Shown piece by piece: positions 36,619 through 51,742 of a stretch of DNA of 64,000 bases. The notes under the pieces are model-generated. The model was given only the letters and a program-made list of their open reading frames with translations, was not told where the DNA came from and made no database searches. The stretch's first letter is position 1. Each line of letters opens with the position of its first letter. This DNA comes from the human T2T-CHM13v2.0 reference genome, Homo sapiens: assembly GCF_009914755.1 (NCBI RefSeq), contig NC_060938.1. One strand, given 5' to 3'. The translations under genes were made by a program, and so were the position numbers.

Positions 36619-36991
36619 TAGGCGTGAGCCATTGCACCCAGCCTTTTCTTTCTTTTTTGAGGCAGAGTATCCCTCTGTTGCCCAGGCTGGAATGCAGTGG
36701 TGTCATCACAGGTCATTGCAGCCTCAACCTCCTGAGCTCAGGCGATCCTCCCATCTCAGCCTCATGAGTATCTGGGACTGCAGGTGTGTGCAACCACACC
36801 CAGCTAATTTTTGCGTTTTTCGTAGAGACAGGGTCTCACTATCTTGCACAGGCTGGTCTCAAACTCCTGGACACAAGCGATCCATCTGCCTTGGCCTTCC
36901 AAAGTGCTGGGATTACAGGCATGAGCCACCGCACCTGGCCTACATAGACACTTAAATATTTGCCTACTGGATTTGGCCCAAAATTAGCCTG

Positions 36992-37241
<250 letters not shown>

Positions 37242-37344
37242 TGATCTCACGGCCTCATGATCTACCCGCCTTGGCCTCCCAAAGTGCTGAAATTACAGGT
37301 GTGAGCCACCACGGCCAGCCAGCCTGATTTTTTAAAATTATAAT

Positions 37345-37597
37345 TTTATTTTTTATATTTTTTATTTCAATAGTTTTTGGGGTACAGGTGGTTTTTGGTT
37401 ACATGGATAAGTTCTTTAGTGGTGATTTCTGAGATTTTAGTGCACCTGTCACCTGAGCAGTATACAATGTACCCAATATGTAGTCTTCCATCCTTCACTG
37501 GCCTCCCAGCCTTCCCCTACAAGTCCCCAGAATTCATTGCATCATTCTTATGCCTTTGTGTCCTCATAGCTTAGTTCATGCTTTTAAGTGAGAACAT
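37345..37597 (-). mobile_element. L1 3' end fragment
   Basis: GGGGTACAGGTGGTTTTTGGTTACATGGATAAG...AAGTGAGAACAT. Confidence 0.75.
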
Positions 37598-37794
37598 AAA
37601 TTATAATTTTCTTTACTCCAGTGTGTATTCCTAAACCATGCTGAATTGTTAATAAGGCAAGAATATAAACATATAAATGAAAAAGTTTGAATAAAACTTA
37701 CTGGAAAAGCAAAGAAATATCATTTGAAACATTTAACAAGGGTTAAATACATCTGAAGTGATAAAAAGCTTACTTCAATGCCAGCCTTATGGCT

Positions 37795-38320
37795 AGTGAC
37801 AGGCAGAACAATGCCGCCCCCCGCCACCCTCTGCCCCCGGATGTCTTAGTCCTAATTCTCAGAATTTGTGATTTTGTTAGGTTATATGGCAAAAGGGAAT
37901 TTAGGCTGCAGATAGAATTAAGGATATTAATCAGACGACCTTGAGATAAGGAGATTAGCCTGTCTTAGCCAGGTGGGCCCAGTGTAACCATAACAGTACT
38001 TATAAACAGAGGAGGGAGGCAGAAGAGAAACAGGGAAATGGCAGTGTGAAAAAGACATGGCCTGATGTTGCTGGCTTTGAAGGTGGAGGGATGAGGCCAC
38101 AAGCCAAGGGATGCAGGCAGCCTCTAAAGTGGGAAAAAGATCAGGAAACTGAGTCTTCTCTAGAGCCCCCAGAAGGAGCACAGTTCTGCTGCCCCCTTGA
38201 TTTCAGCCCAGTGAGACTCATTTTGGACTTCTGACCTTCAGAACTGTTACATAATACATTTGTATTGTTTAAGCCACTAAATTTGTGGTAATTTGTTATG
38301 GCAGCAATGGGAAAACTTAT
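37795..38320 (+). mobile_element. MaLR LTR (MLT1C/D-like)
   Basis: GGCCACAAGCCAAGGGATGCAGGCAGCCTCTA, ending TTTGTTATGGCAGCAATGGGAAAACTTATACA. Confidence 0.75.
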
Positions 38321-38394
38321 ACATGGATTGACAGAAGGGAAGCTGAAAGTGAAGAGGCAAGTAAAGATCAAGGCACTGTTACACACGGGCAAAG

Positions 38395-38580
38395 CAGTAG
38401 ACATGGAATCAGAAATTCCCAGTTACTGTTAGTATCTCTGTAACTCAATTACTTAACCTCTCTGTGTGTCAATACTTTCATCTGTATGAAGGGCTGGTAC
38501 TTCCTCAGATGGCTGTTGTGAGGAGGAAATGAATCGATGCGAACCCTTAGCACAGTGCGTTTGGAGAGCCCTAACACATG
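38395..38580. mobile_element. MIR
   Basis: TTACTTAACCTCTCTGTG...TCATCTGTATGAAGGG core. Confidence 0.65.
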
Positions 38581-39479
38581 TGCACCGCTGTTGCTGCTGC
38601 CACATGCCATCACTACGACTGCCACAGGGTTAATGGTGGTTTTTTGTTGTTGTTTAATGAGTAGGTGTTTATTTACAAAATTATGTGTACCATATATACA
38701 TAATTCAGACAAAATTCACAAATGAAGGATTACAGATTAAAATTACATTAGCTTTTTGCATATAACAAGGTTTTATTTAGCACATTCAATTAAACGCATG
38801 CCTCTAATCACATTGCATTTTTGGTGGTTGCTGCACAGTAGATGACAGGCCTTGGCTTACAGAAGTGAAAACAGACCATCTCAGTGTAAGCAATTATTCT
38901 TGAAATTTTGATTGGCAACTTTGGCTCTAGGTTAGTAAAATTAAATTTGCTTCTTATTAATCATGACTATTGGGTACCAATTTAGGGTGTCACTCTTTCA
39001 TTAAGTTTTTGGAATAGGTCAGAATATACAGAACTACACAATATTAAACATGGTGCTAGGCCAGGCGTGGTGGCTCACATCTGTAATCCCAACACTTTGG
39101 GAGTCCGAGGTGGGAGGATCACTTGAGGCCAGGAGTTCAAGACTAGTGTGGCCAACATGGCGAAACACTGTCTCTACTAAAAATACAAAAATTAGCTGGG
39201 TGTGGTGGAGGGTGCCTGTATTCCCAGCTACTCAGGAGGCTGAGGCCGGAGAATCGCTTGAAGCTGGGAGGCAGAGGCAGCAGTGAGATGAGATTGTGCC
39301 ACTGCACTCCAGCCTGGGCAACAGAGTAAGACTCCATCTCAAAAAAAAAAAGAAAGAAAATGGTGCTAATGTTTGCAATTGAGAATCTCCGCAATGTAAA
39401 TTTTTTACTTGATAGTTCTAATTAAAAGTGTCAGTTTTCACATTCTATATATAATTCCTATAATTATACATCATTTAAA

Positions 39480-40470
39480 TTTTTTATTTTAAAAAAATTT
39501 ATGTTCATAAGAAGTTGCAAAATAGTATAGAGAGTTCCCCTATGTCCTTCACTCATCTTTCTTCAGTGCTAATATTATCAAAACCAGCAAACTGATGCTG
39601 GTACAATGTTAACCATAACTACAGATCTTATTCAGATTTCACAGTTCTTACACATACTTTTTTTTTCAGTATACAAGTTCTATGAAATTTTTTCATATGT
39701 ATAGGGTTGTGTAACCATTACCATGATCAGGATACAGAATTGTGCTGTCACCACAAAGAAACTCCTTGTATTACCCCTCACAGTCACACTGTCCCCTGTC
39801 CCTAAGCCCTGGCACTGACTGATCTGCTCGCCATCATTATAATTTTGTCATTTTGAGAATGTTACATAAATGGATTTATATTTCAACTTTTGAGATTGCC
39901 TTTTTTTCAAGCCAATTCACTCAGTGTAATGCCTTTGAAATCTATCCACGTTGCTATATGTGTTAATAGTTTGTTCCTTCTTATTAATGAGTAGTGCACC
40001 ATTATATGGGGGTACCAGTTTATCCATTCACCTGTTGAAGAATATTTGTTTACAGTTTTGGGCTCTTACAAATGAAACTGCTATAAACATTCATGTACAG
40101 GTTTTTGTGTGAATATAAGCTTCATTTCATTTCATTTCTTTCTTTTTTTTTTTTTTTTTTGAGACTGAGTTTTGCTCTGTCACCCAGGCTGGAGTGTAGT
40201 GGTGCCATCTCAGCTCACTGCAACCTCCCCCTCCCAGGTTCAAGCAATTCTCTGCCTCAGCCTGCTGAGTAGCTGGGATTACAGGTGCCCACCACCACGC
40301 CCAGCTAATTTTTTTGTATTTTTAGTAGAGATGGGGTTTCACCATTTTGGTCAGGCTGATCTTGAACTCCTGACCTTGTGATCCACCCACCTCAGCCTCC
40401 CAAAGTGCTGAGATTACAGGCGTGAGCCACTGTGCCCAGCCCATAAGCTTCATTTCTTTAGATAAATACC
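39480..40470 (-). mobile_element. Old L1 (L1M) 3' fragment split by an Alu (40135-40442)
   Basis: TATCCATTCACCTGTTGAAG, GCTATAAACATTCATGTACAGGTTTTTGTGTG; Alu TSD ATAAGCTTCATTTC. Confidence 0.7.
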
Positions 40471-41226
40471 CAGTTTTGTAAGGTTTTAGGAGTTAAGATC
40501 ATTGGTGGTAAAATACTTTGTAAATGGCAATGCTCACTTCAAACTTAAGGTGGGTTATTCTGAGTTATATTAAGAATGATAAACAGTGACAAAAGGCTGA
40601 AAAATTTGGGGAGAATATGTGGTAAGAGTTGGCAGCAAAGGGAACCAAATTTTGAGTTTTTTACTTTGTAGAAAATAAAATGCTGTTAACGGAAAGTGTG
40701 AGACATAGGGGCAGCCTTTTATACAGTGGAAACGTGGGATTGAACTAAAAACAAAAGACTGAAATATCTTGGTACATTGGCAGTGCACCAGCCACTGAAG
40801 GATGTACACGATTAGTGGAGAGAATATTAATAGGAAGAAAGAAGAACAGAGACAGAAAGGCAGATTCATTCATTCATCTAGCAAATATTTATTGGGCCCC
40901 TACTATTGGCCATGCATTGTTGTTGACCCTAGACCCACCCAGGAACAAGTCTCTGTGTTATGAAGCTTATATTCTAGATAGAGTGAAAGACAATAAACAA
41001 GGTAATATGTAAGGGAACGTCAGAGAGTGATAAATACTATATACAAGTGTAAAACAGGGAAAGGAACTGGAGAGAGACTGGAGATGCTATTTTGGAACAT
41101 ATAGTCAGGAAGGCCTCTGTGTGGAGGTGATAGTTTTAGAAGTTTCTGGGGAGCTGAGATCATAGGAAGGAAAGAATTGAGCCAAGACTTGGTTCAGAGG
41201 AAGTTGTTGGAAGACAACATAGGAAA

Positions 41227-41308
41227 TTATGACATCTGAACATAAACAAGACCAAATGCACAAAATGTTATGACATCTGAACATAAACAAGACCAAATGC
41301 ACAAAATG
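41227..41308. repeat. Perfect 41-bp tandem duplication (2 copies)
   Basis: TTATGACATCTGAACATAAACAAGACCAAATGCACAAAATG at 41227 and 41268. Confidence 0.95.
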
Positions 41309-42727
41309 TAAGGACAAATATTAAAGTACATTAAGATGCAAAGCATCTCTATGACAAGTTACCTAAAAAAAGAGTTAAGCTGTAGACTTTGGTGCTTTTT
41401 TTATTTTTGAGATGGAGTTTTGCTCTTATTGCCCAGGCTGGAGCATAATGGCGCAGTCACTGCAACCTCCGCCTCCCGGGTTCAAGCGATTCTCCTGCCT
41501 CAGCCTCCTGAGTGAGTAGGTGGGATTATAGGCATGTGCCACCATGCCCAGCTAATTTTGTATTTTTAGTAGAGACGGGGTTTCATTGTGTTGGCCAAGC
41601 TGGTCTCAAACTCCTGACCTCAGGTGATCTGCCTGGCTTGGCCTCCTAAAGTGTGGGGATTACAGGCTTGAGCCAATGTGCCCGGCCAAGACTTTGAAAT
41701 GATATTTAGGAGTGTAAATTAGCACAGTCAATTTCAAGATAATTTGTTATATACATTCATAGGAAGAAGGAAATTTTTGGTTTTGGGGGTCAGGGACCAA
41801 GTCATTATCAGGGTATGCTGCATTTCTTTTACTTTATATAACTGTGTCTTTCTGTGTTCTACAGAGAAACAGCTTGAAAATGGGGTACTATCCAAATGTC
41901 AGTTAGTGTTATTATTGATGATTTTGTGACTCCTACTGTGCCTCTCATGCACTATGATGGTAAAATGTATCCGTTCTCTAAAGAAAGGCACTATGGCTGC
42001 AGTGAGCCATGGTCATGCCACTTCACTCCAGCCTGGGCAACAGAGCAAGACCCTGTCCCAAACAAAGCAAAACAAAACAAAAGCAAAACACTATCCTTAT
42101 CCTTTTTCTTTTCTTTTGACAATATAGGCAGATAATAATGTTCAAGTTTTCTTGGAAGATCAGGAAAAAAAATAGTGAAATAGATCATCTTTATTCCTGC
42201 ATTATTTTTGTGCAGAGAGGGATGTTCCCATTCTACCATCCTCTGCAGCTTTTCTCTAGACAGGATGTCTACTTTTCTACTGACTACCTTTTCCAGGGTA
42301 GGAGGGTAGGGCAGGGCATTGGAAAGAGGTGAGCTTTAGGTCAGTTTTAACAAAACACAATGTTATAGATACAATTGAAGCCCCTTTTGAAGCTCTTTGC
42401 AATCTCAATTCCCTGACTCCTTTGCCAATATGTATTCTTCCTATATTTTCATACTTTTGGTACATATGAATGTATCTGTAAATAATGGATATTAATACTA
42501 TTAAGTCTTACATAAATGGTATCTTAAATGTATCCTTTTGCAAATTACTTTTCCATTCACCATTATGATTTGAGATTTACTCATATGGATTCATGTTGTT
42601 CCTTCACATAACTTCATTGCTATATTCTACATTTATTCATCCATTTCCTTACTTGTGATAGACAATACTATGGTGAATATTTTCTGTATGTGTCCCCTTA
42701 GGCACATCCATGATGGTTTCTTCAGGG

Positions 42728-42920
42728 CAGTGATACTCAAAGTGTGATGCATGAACCAGCAGCATCAGTATGACCTGGGATTTGTTAGAAATGTAAATTT
42801 TTGGGCTTTAACCCATGCTTACTGAATCAGAAACGGGGGTGGGGTGGGGTGGGGCCTACCAAACCACTTTAATAAGTTCTCCAGTGATTCTGACGCACAC
42901 TAAAGTTTGAGAATTACTGT
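42728..42920. mobile_element. MER5A (hAT-Charlie) MITE inside old L1 sequence
   Basis: CAGTGATACTCAAAGTGTG...TAAAGTTTGAGAATTACTG. Confidence 0.7.
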
Positions 42921-43127
42921 TCTAGCTATAATTTTATAGAATTGCTGGGTTATAGGATATGTGTATTTACAAATTTATGAGATTTAGACAAATTGTCTTT
43001 AAAGTGATTGTGCTAATTTACACTATTTTTAAAAAAGCTTAAGTAATGTTTTTGTTACTTTAATACATTGAATATTAATTTATTAAGCTGAAGTAACATC
43101 TCATCTGTCCATACAGGCAGCCCTTGA

Positions 43128-43478
<351 letters not shown>

Positions 43479-43499
43479 TTAACTTTTTAAAAAAGTTGT

Positions 43500-45087
43500 G
43501 GGGAAATGGCGGCTTCAGGAGAGAGCGGGACTTTGGGCGGCGGAGGCGGCACAGAGGAAGCATTTATGACCTCCTACAGTGAGGAATAAAGATGGCATAC
43601 AGCATACCTCATATTCATTCCAACCCTGACAGTGACACCAAGAATGTTTTCCTGGGACTGCCTGGTGCTTGTTCTCCCGGGCCTTGTCTTCAGGGGAAAC
43701 AAATAGAGAAGGGAGACTTGGTTCTAACATCCAAAAATCACATTGAAAGACTGACCCGTCCTGGTTCCTCTTACTTCAATTTGAACCCATTTGAGTTTCT
43801 TCAGATAGATCCTGAAGTTACAGATGAAGAAATAAAAAAGAGGTTTCGGCAGTTATCCATCTTGGTGCATCCTGACAAAAATGAAGATGATGCTGACAGA
43901 GCACAAAAGGCTTTTGAAACTGTGGACAAAGCTTACAAGTTGCTACTGATCAGGAGCAAAAGAAGAGGGTCCTGGATGTAATTTAGGCAGGAAAAGAATA
44001 CGTGGAACACACTGTGAAAGAGAGAAAAAAAAAAAACAATCAAAGAAGGAAGGAAAACCTACGATTGTAGAGGAGGATGATCCTGAGCTGTTCAAACAAG
44101 CTGTATATAAACAGAAAATGAAACTCTTTGCTCAGCTGGAAATTAAAAGGAAAGAGAGAGAAGCCAAAGAGATGCATGAAAGGAAACGGCAAAGGGAAGA
44201 AGAGATTGAAGCTCAAGAAAAAGCCAAACGAGAAAGAGAGTGGCAGAAAAACTTTGAGGAAGGTCGAGATGGTCGTGTGGACAGCTGGCGAAACTTCCAA
44301 GTCAATACAAAGGGGAAGAAAGAGAAGAAAAATCGGACCTTCCTGAGACCACCGAAAGTAAAAATGGAGCAGCATGAGTGACCACCCGGGGTCACAGGCA
44401 CAGAACCTTCCCCCTGCTATCTCCCTTCCTGCTTCGAAGGACTCATTCTTTCCTCCCGCTTCCACCTCAACATAGAGTAGTATTTGCTTTTTAGTCCGTT
44501 TCGTTTTGAATACAATTTAATATCGATCAGAGTAATTCTTTTGTACATTGAAATGAGGGGACTGGTTTAAAAAAAGACCTTCCTCCTCCCTGCCGCTAGA
44601 ACAACCAGGATTGGAAGGTGGCACCATTGGTGCTGCCTTCTCTTCCCACAGCCTGTAACTCAGTGTTTTGTACTTCACTGAATTGTGATGGTTAGAAACT
44701 TCGTCCTAGTTTGTGGAAATCATCCAATTAAACATATTACTTAAAATGGTGTTGCTGTGACGTCAGAGACAGGCCTGGAAGGGGCACTTTGGAAGCCCCT
44801 TGGCTTCAGTTGCTCGCTTCTGGGTGTGCTCCCTTAGAAGGCCCAGATAAGACAGGGAACACCTGTGGGCACACAGAGCAGGCACCTGATGCCCTGATGC
44901 CCTGTGGTGTTTGGCATGTGCCCCCTGTCTACTGACCAATCAGCATGGCATGAGGCCCACGCCACCCAAACCTTTCACTTTCCAAAGAGCTAGCCGTCCT
45001 CCTCCCAGTACCATGGTGTCCTAGCCTGTCTGCATTTGTTAGTAGTAATATTCTTTATGTATAATAAATTTTTATAACCACCCCCCA
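43500..45087 (+). pseudogene. DNAJC8P1: Processed pseudogene of DNAJC8 (SPF31 J-domain protein), includes full 3' UTR; probably DNAJC8P1
   Basis: ATG 43506 MAASGESGT..., J-domain LNPFEFLQ...VHPDKN, C-terminus RTFLRPPKVKMEQ. Frameshift near 43950, TAG at 43984-86, AATAAA at 45063-68, TSD-like AAAAAAGT(T/G)GT at 43489-99 and 45088-98 after a TTTT/AA site. The P1 suffix is from recall. Confidence 0.95.
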
Positions 45088-45134
45088 AAAAAAGTGGTAA
45101 CTATTGTCATAGAGAAGCTTTGCTTTTTGTTGTT

Positions 45135-45667
<533 letters not shown>

Positions 45668-47977
45668 TGATCTACGCGCCTCGGCCTCCCAAAGTGCTGG
45701 GATTACTGGCGTGAGCCACCACGCCTGGCCGAAGCTTTACATTTTAATATAGTTTAATTTAATACGTGTGTTTGTTTTATGCTTTTCATCTTGTTTGTGT
45801 CCAGATGTCATAGAGAATCTTCTAATCTTCTAAATTGTCTTCTAATTACTTTAAATTTTCATTTTTCCCAATTAGGTGTTTAAACATTTAAAAATTAATC
45901 CAAGTATAGTAGTGCTTTTTTCTGACCCAGCTTGCTAAAGGGACAGGGCTCCTGACAACTTTAAAGAATCTGGATGGTCTACTAAAAGATAAATTCAAAT
46001 AGTGTCATTTTAGGCACAGATTTGTTGTTGGGGGCGCGGTGTGAGAGTGGTGATGGGTAATATGTGCATGGTAACAACAACAATAAAAAATTTCAAGCCT
46101 CTTGCCATGTGGCCTGTTGTCCCAGCTACTTGGTGGGGGGTGGGGGGGGTGCTGAGGCAGGAGGATTGCTTAAGGCCAGGAGTTTGAGCCCTTGAATAAC
46201 CACTGCATTCGGCCTGGGCAACATAATGAGACCCTTTCTCTTAAATCAAAACAATCAAACATCCAACAGGTTTACAATAATGAAAAACAAATTTATTTTA
46301 AGATTAATAGGGGAGAAGTTAGCACTGTGTTTTCTACAGTTTTTTAATTTATAGTGTTGGGGATTTTGTGACTTTTTGATTGACTGATTGAGACAGGCTT
46401 TGTCACCCAGACTGGAGTGCAGTGGCTCAATCATGGCTCAATGCAGACTTAACCTCACTTTTTGTAGAAACTGGGTTTCACTATGTTACCCAGGCTGGTC
46501 TTGAACTGCTGGCCTCAAGTGACCCACTCGCCTTGGCCTCCCAAAGTGCTGGAATTACAGGCGTGAGCTACTGAACCTGGCCCCTTGTGACCTTCTCTAT
46601 TTTAGTGCATCATAGATGCCATTACATGTGGGTCCCATTCAACACGCAGGCTATGAAAACTGCACTATTTGAAAGTACATTGCTTGCAGATATGGGATTC
46701 TTAGTACAAATTCCAAGAAAATAGGGCTTGGGGGGTAATTTGTAGTTTACTGGGAAAGAGCCTTCCAATATTTTCAGCGGATCCCAGAAGATTCCCCATT
46801 CTAATCTTGTGGCTGGAACAATGCCGAGCACATAGTAAGTGCTTTATAAGTGTTGATTCACTGATTGATTATAGAAGGTGCTGAACTACCCAAACTTTTG
46901 ACTTTGACATCTACCTAGAAGTGCTTGTCCTGCAGAGGAAAGCTGAGATCCTGGTATTAACGTATACTATAGAGCAATGATTTATCAAGTCTGCCCACCT
47001 GCTATTTTGAGTATTTAAAAATTGCAACAAACATGGTGCTTTGGAATGATTTATTAATGTACAATTTGTACATTAATATTGTTAGGCATGGATTTTAGTT
47101 CAACATACTTTGCATTAAGTTCAGTTCAAAGAGTATTTTTGTGAAATTACTGTGTGCTTCACTAACCTCTGAGGGCACAATGATGAGGGCACAATCTCTG
47201 CTTTAACTTAATCAGGATGATGCTCCCTCTCTGTATTATAAATATGGAAAACAAGGCCTATCTAATCTTAGTCCATATTTGTCTGGCAAAATTCTTACCT
47301 TATATTAAAAAAAACCACACAAAGTCTTTAATCGTATGTCTAAGCCCAAAACAATATTCCCAGTAGGCCTTATGGAATTGGGTAAAGGATTCAACAATAA
47401 GGGAAGCAATGTTTCAGAGGGCAGAAGTGAGATGCATGTTGGTTTATGGAACATGAAGGAAATAGTAGGAAGCCGTTATTAATCTAACTACACCATTCCC
47501 CATACAAAGCCTGGAAGGAGTCTCCCTGACTAGGAAGTGGTGTCGCGGGGCTCCCCTATCTACAGTTAAATGTGCTTGTGAAGGGTGTCTGTTGCCTTCT
47601 TTCTTCTCTAGTATGCACCAGCACCCTTCCACCCACCACTCAATTCTCCTTGTACTTTGGTTTTGCTTTGCCTGGCTCAATTCAGGGCTTTGCAATATAA
47701 TGTCTAGAGGTTTAGTATTGTCACTGTAGAATCAAATGAGCCTGGAGGTTATTTGGTTTTAATTATCATTCACTGAAACAATCAATGTAGAGGATTTAGT
47801 CATTCAAATGGTTACCGGAGGGACATTTAGGTAATTGCAACTGTTGAATGTTCTCTCTTCTGCTAATTGTTTTTATTGAATGAGATTTATATCTAGGTAT
47901 TAAAGAGAAGTTGTAGCTGTGAGTATCACAGGCCAACATTTTGGAAGGAAGTGGTGGGAAGGAGATCTGGGCCCTAA

Positions 47978-48184
<207 letters not shown>

Positions 48185-48559
48185 TAATTTTTAGTAGAGA
48201 TGGGGTTTTATCATGTTGGCCAGGCTGGTCTCAAACTCCCAACTTCAAGTGATCCGCTCGCCTCGGCCTCCCAAAGTGCTGAAATTACAGGCGTGAGCCA
48301 CCGCACCCGGCCTTCACTCTTTTATAAATGCCTCACTTCTAGGTTTTCAAAATGTCATGTAAGTATACAGTCTAGTGTCTGTCATCACAAACATGTACAT
48401 TTGGTCATGTCACTGTGCTTAGTTGCCATAACAGACACTTTTAAGATTATATAAAATAATATGCACTGCCCTAAATGGAATTTTCTGAGTGTAGTATTTT
48501 GATTGGGTTTTCAATTTCTTATGTAAGCACCTAAGGTTACCATTCTATTTAGTGCTCTT

Positions 48560-49300
48560 CAGGATGAAAAATATTTTGTCTTCCCACCTAGTTTCAGTGA
48601 ATGAGGCCTGCAAATTTAACTGACTAAAGACAGATTAACAGGAAAAAAATGTATGATTTTTATTGATATTAATACTTTTAAATGCATGGAAGCTTCACAG
48701 AGATGATGTGAAAACTCAAAGACGTGCTCAGAACTTGAATTTTTTTTTTTGAGATAGTGTTTCACTCTGTCGCTCAGGCTGGAGCGCAGTGGCATAATCT
48801 CTGACTGCCAGGTTCAAGTGATTCTCCTGTCTCCATCTCCTGAGTAGATGGGACTACAGGCATGTGCCACCATGCCCCACTAATTTTTGAAATCCACCCG
48901 CCTCAGCCTCCCAAAGTGCTGGGATTACAGGTGTGAGCCACTGCACCTGGCCAGAACCTGGAGTTTGTATACCCTTCTTAAAAAAAGAAGATGGGTTTGG
49001 GCTTCAAGGGAAAATATTGTGGGAATTGACTAGGAAATATATGAAGGAAACTAATGGGAGATAAGGGTTATTTTAGTAGGGCTTGTTTATGAGGAGTCAT
49101 CTTGGTGTGACATCTCTGGTAATGAGTCATTCTCAGTTTCCTGGCATAGAGGAGTACCTTCCTCAAAGGAAAATTTATGTCCTGTTTTTAGGCAGATAAA
49201 GGGAGGGCAGAGACCTTTTCCTCCATCAGTTGCCTTCAGCTCAAAATAATCCTTATGCCAAAGTGGCATATTTTGGGATGGCATATCCTGATCTCTTTCA
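48560..49300 (-). mobile_element. ERV1-class LTR (MER34-like) containing a deleted Alu (48740-48953)
   Basis: CAGCTCAAAATAATCCTTATGCCAAAGTGGCATATTTTGGG end motif. Confidence 0.55.
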
Positions 49301-51467
49301 GTAGCATCTCCCCATTTTTAGAAAGAAAGAAATGGAAGTATAGTAAGATTAGAGGATTTGGCTCTATTCACATGGCAAATTAGTGGCTTAGCTGGAACCA
49401 GAATCCCAATCTTCTGATCATGAGTCTTATAATTACTTTTATTATCTGAAGGTCAGGACCCAGCAGATGCTTTGGTTGGCAACAGAAGCATCAGGGTACA
49501 CAGACTTTAGTAACCAATTCCTCCTAGACAAATGAGTGTTTACATTTTCAGTCTCAATGAAGGTTAAATTTTAGCATCTAACTACGTTGAAGAAGCGTTT
49601 GTACATGTTCTCCTTTTTCTTTATTAAGGAAATGTACACACACACAAAACCTTTACAATCCCATGATTCTGAAATAATGCAATTCCCACTGAAATAGTTA
49701 TTTTGAGTTATCTTTGAAAGGAATTTTTTACTGGCTCAGTTATTTGTTCTCAGATAATTAGACCTCTTTCTCTACTTTTCAAGTGATTTAGTATCTTTTT
49801 TTCTGGATATGAAAGTTCTAAGTCCTCTGTTTATTAAAATTTCCAACATTACAGATATATACAACATGGTTATTAACAATATACTGTGTCTATCACACTC
49901 AGAGATAATCACTGCCAATTACTTAGTGTATTTCTCTCTAGGTTTTTTTCTATGTACATACTAAAAATATTTTTTTCACACAAAAATGGGATCATGTTAT
50001 TCATACTGTTTTTTAAAACTTGAAGTAAAATCTATACAACATAAAATTTATCATTTTAGCCATTTTAAACTGTACAATTCAGTGTCTTTTAGTATAGCCA
50101 CAATGTTATGCAACCAATTACCACTATTTAATTCCAGAATATTTTTGTCACCCCATAAACACCACCATACCCTATTCATACAGCTTGGCATCTTACTTTC
50201 TTACTTAATGCAACCTTCTACGTGAAGATATGTCACATTCTATTTCATAGCTCTATAGCATTTCATTATAAGCACCATAGTTATTTAAACAACTTCAATT
50301 AATGGACAGTTGCGTTATTCTGGGTTTTTTTTTTTTCTTTTTTTTTTTAGAGATGGGGTTTGTCCATGTCACCCATGTCACCCAGGCTGGTCTTGACTCA
50401 AGGAATCCACCTGCCTCGTCCTCCCAAAGTGCTGGGATTACAGGTATGAGCCACTGTGCTTGGCCTATTCCAGGTTTTTAAAATATTATAAACAGGCCAG
50501 GCGCAGTGGCTCACACCTGTAATCCCAGCACTTTGGGAGGCTGAGGCGAGCGGATCACCTGAGGTCAGGAGTTCAAGTCCAGCCTGCCAACATGGTGAAA
50601 CCCTGTCTCTACTAAAAATACAAAATATTAGCCAGGTGTGGTAGTGGGCGTCTGTAATCTCAGTTACTTGGGAGGTTGAGGCAGGAGAATTGCTTGAACT
50701 CGGGAGGCGGAGGTTGCAGCGAGCTGAAACCACGCTACTGCACTCCAGCCTGGGTGACAGAGTGAGACTGTCTCAAAAATAATTAAATAAATAAATAAAC
50801 AATCTATACTAAATGTCGAACATTTGCACGCTTTTGTGAGATAAATTATTAGAAATAAAAATGTTGAGTCAAAGGGCATGAACATTAAAAATGCAATAAA
50901 AATTGTTGTGTTTCTCTCCAAAAAAGTTGTACTAATTAACAATCCCAGCGAGGGTATTTCCCCATTCGTGTTTTCCAATCCTCTTGTCAACCCTGAATAT
51001 TATACATTTAAAAATTTTTTCCAATCTGATAGGCAGAAATAATTGCATTATTGTTTTAGTTTTTGATTAATTATAAGGGAGGTTGAGCATCTCTTAACAT
51101 TTCTAGCAATCTGTATTGTGTGTGACTTGCCTGTTCATGCTCTTTGCCCATAGTTCTACTGAGTTGTTTTCTTTTTCTTATTGATTTTTAGTTAGTTAAT
51201 AAGAAATGTTTGTTTTGGAAGACTTTTTTGGTTTTCATTTTAAATCAACTTTATTCTTCCCTGCGCAGAAACAAATTTTCTTTGAGTCATCTGTGTTAAA
51301 AACTTCCAGGCCATTTAGTTAATGAACCTTTTCCTGCTGAAGAGGGCTTGGCCTGTGATGGTCAAAAGGATACTAACACCCTATTTCCCTTTCTTTTAGA
51401 GCTACCATCTCCTTTTCTCTCACATTAATTGCTTTGTGTTTTCCCTGCTTGATGTGTTTGACCTTAG

Positions 51468-51742
<275 letters not shown>

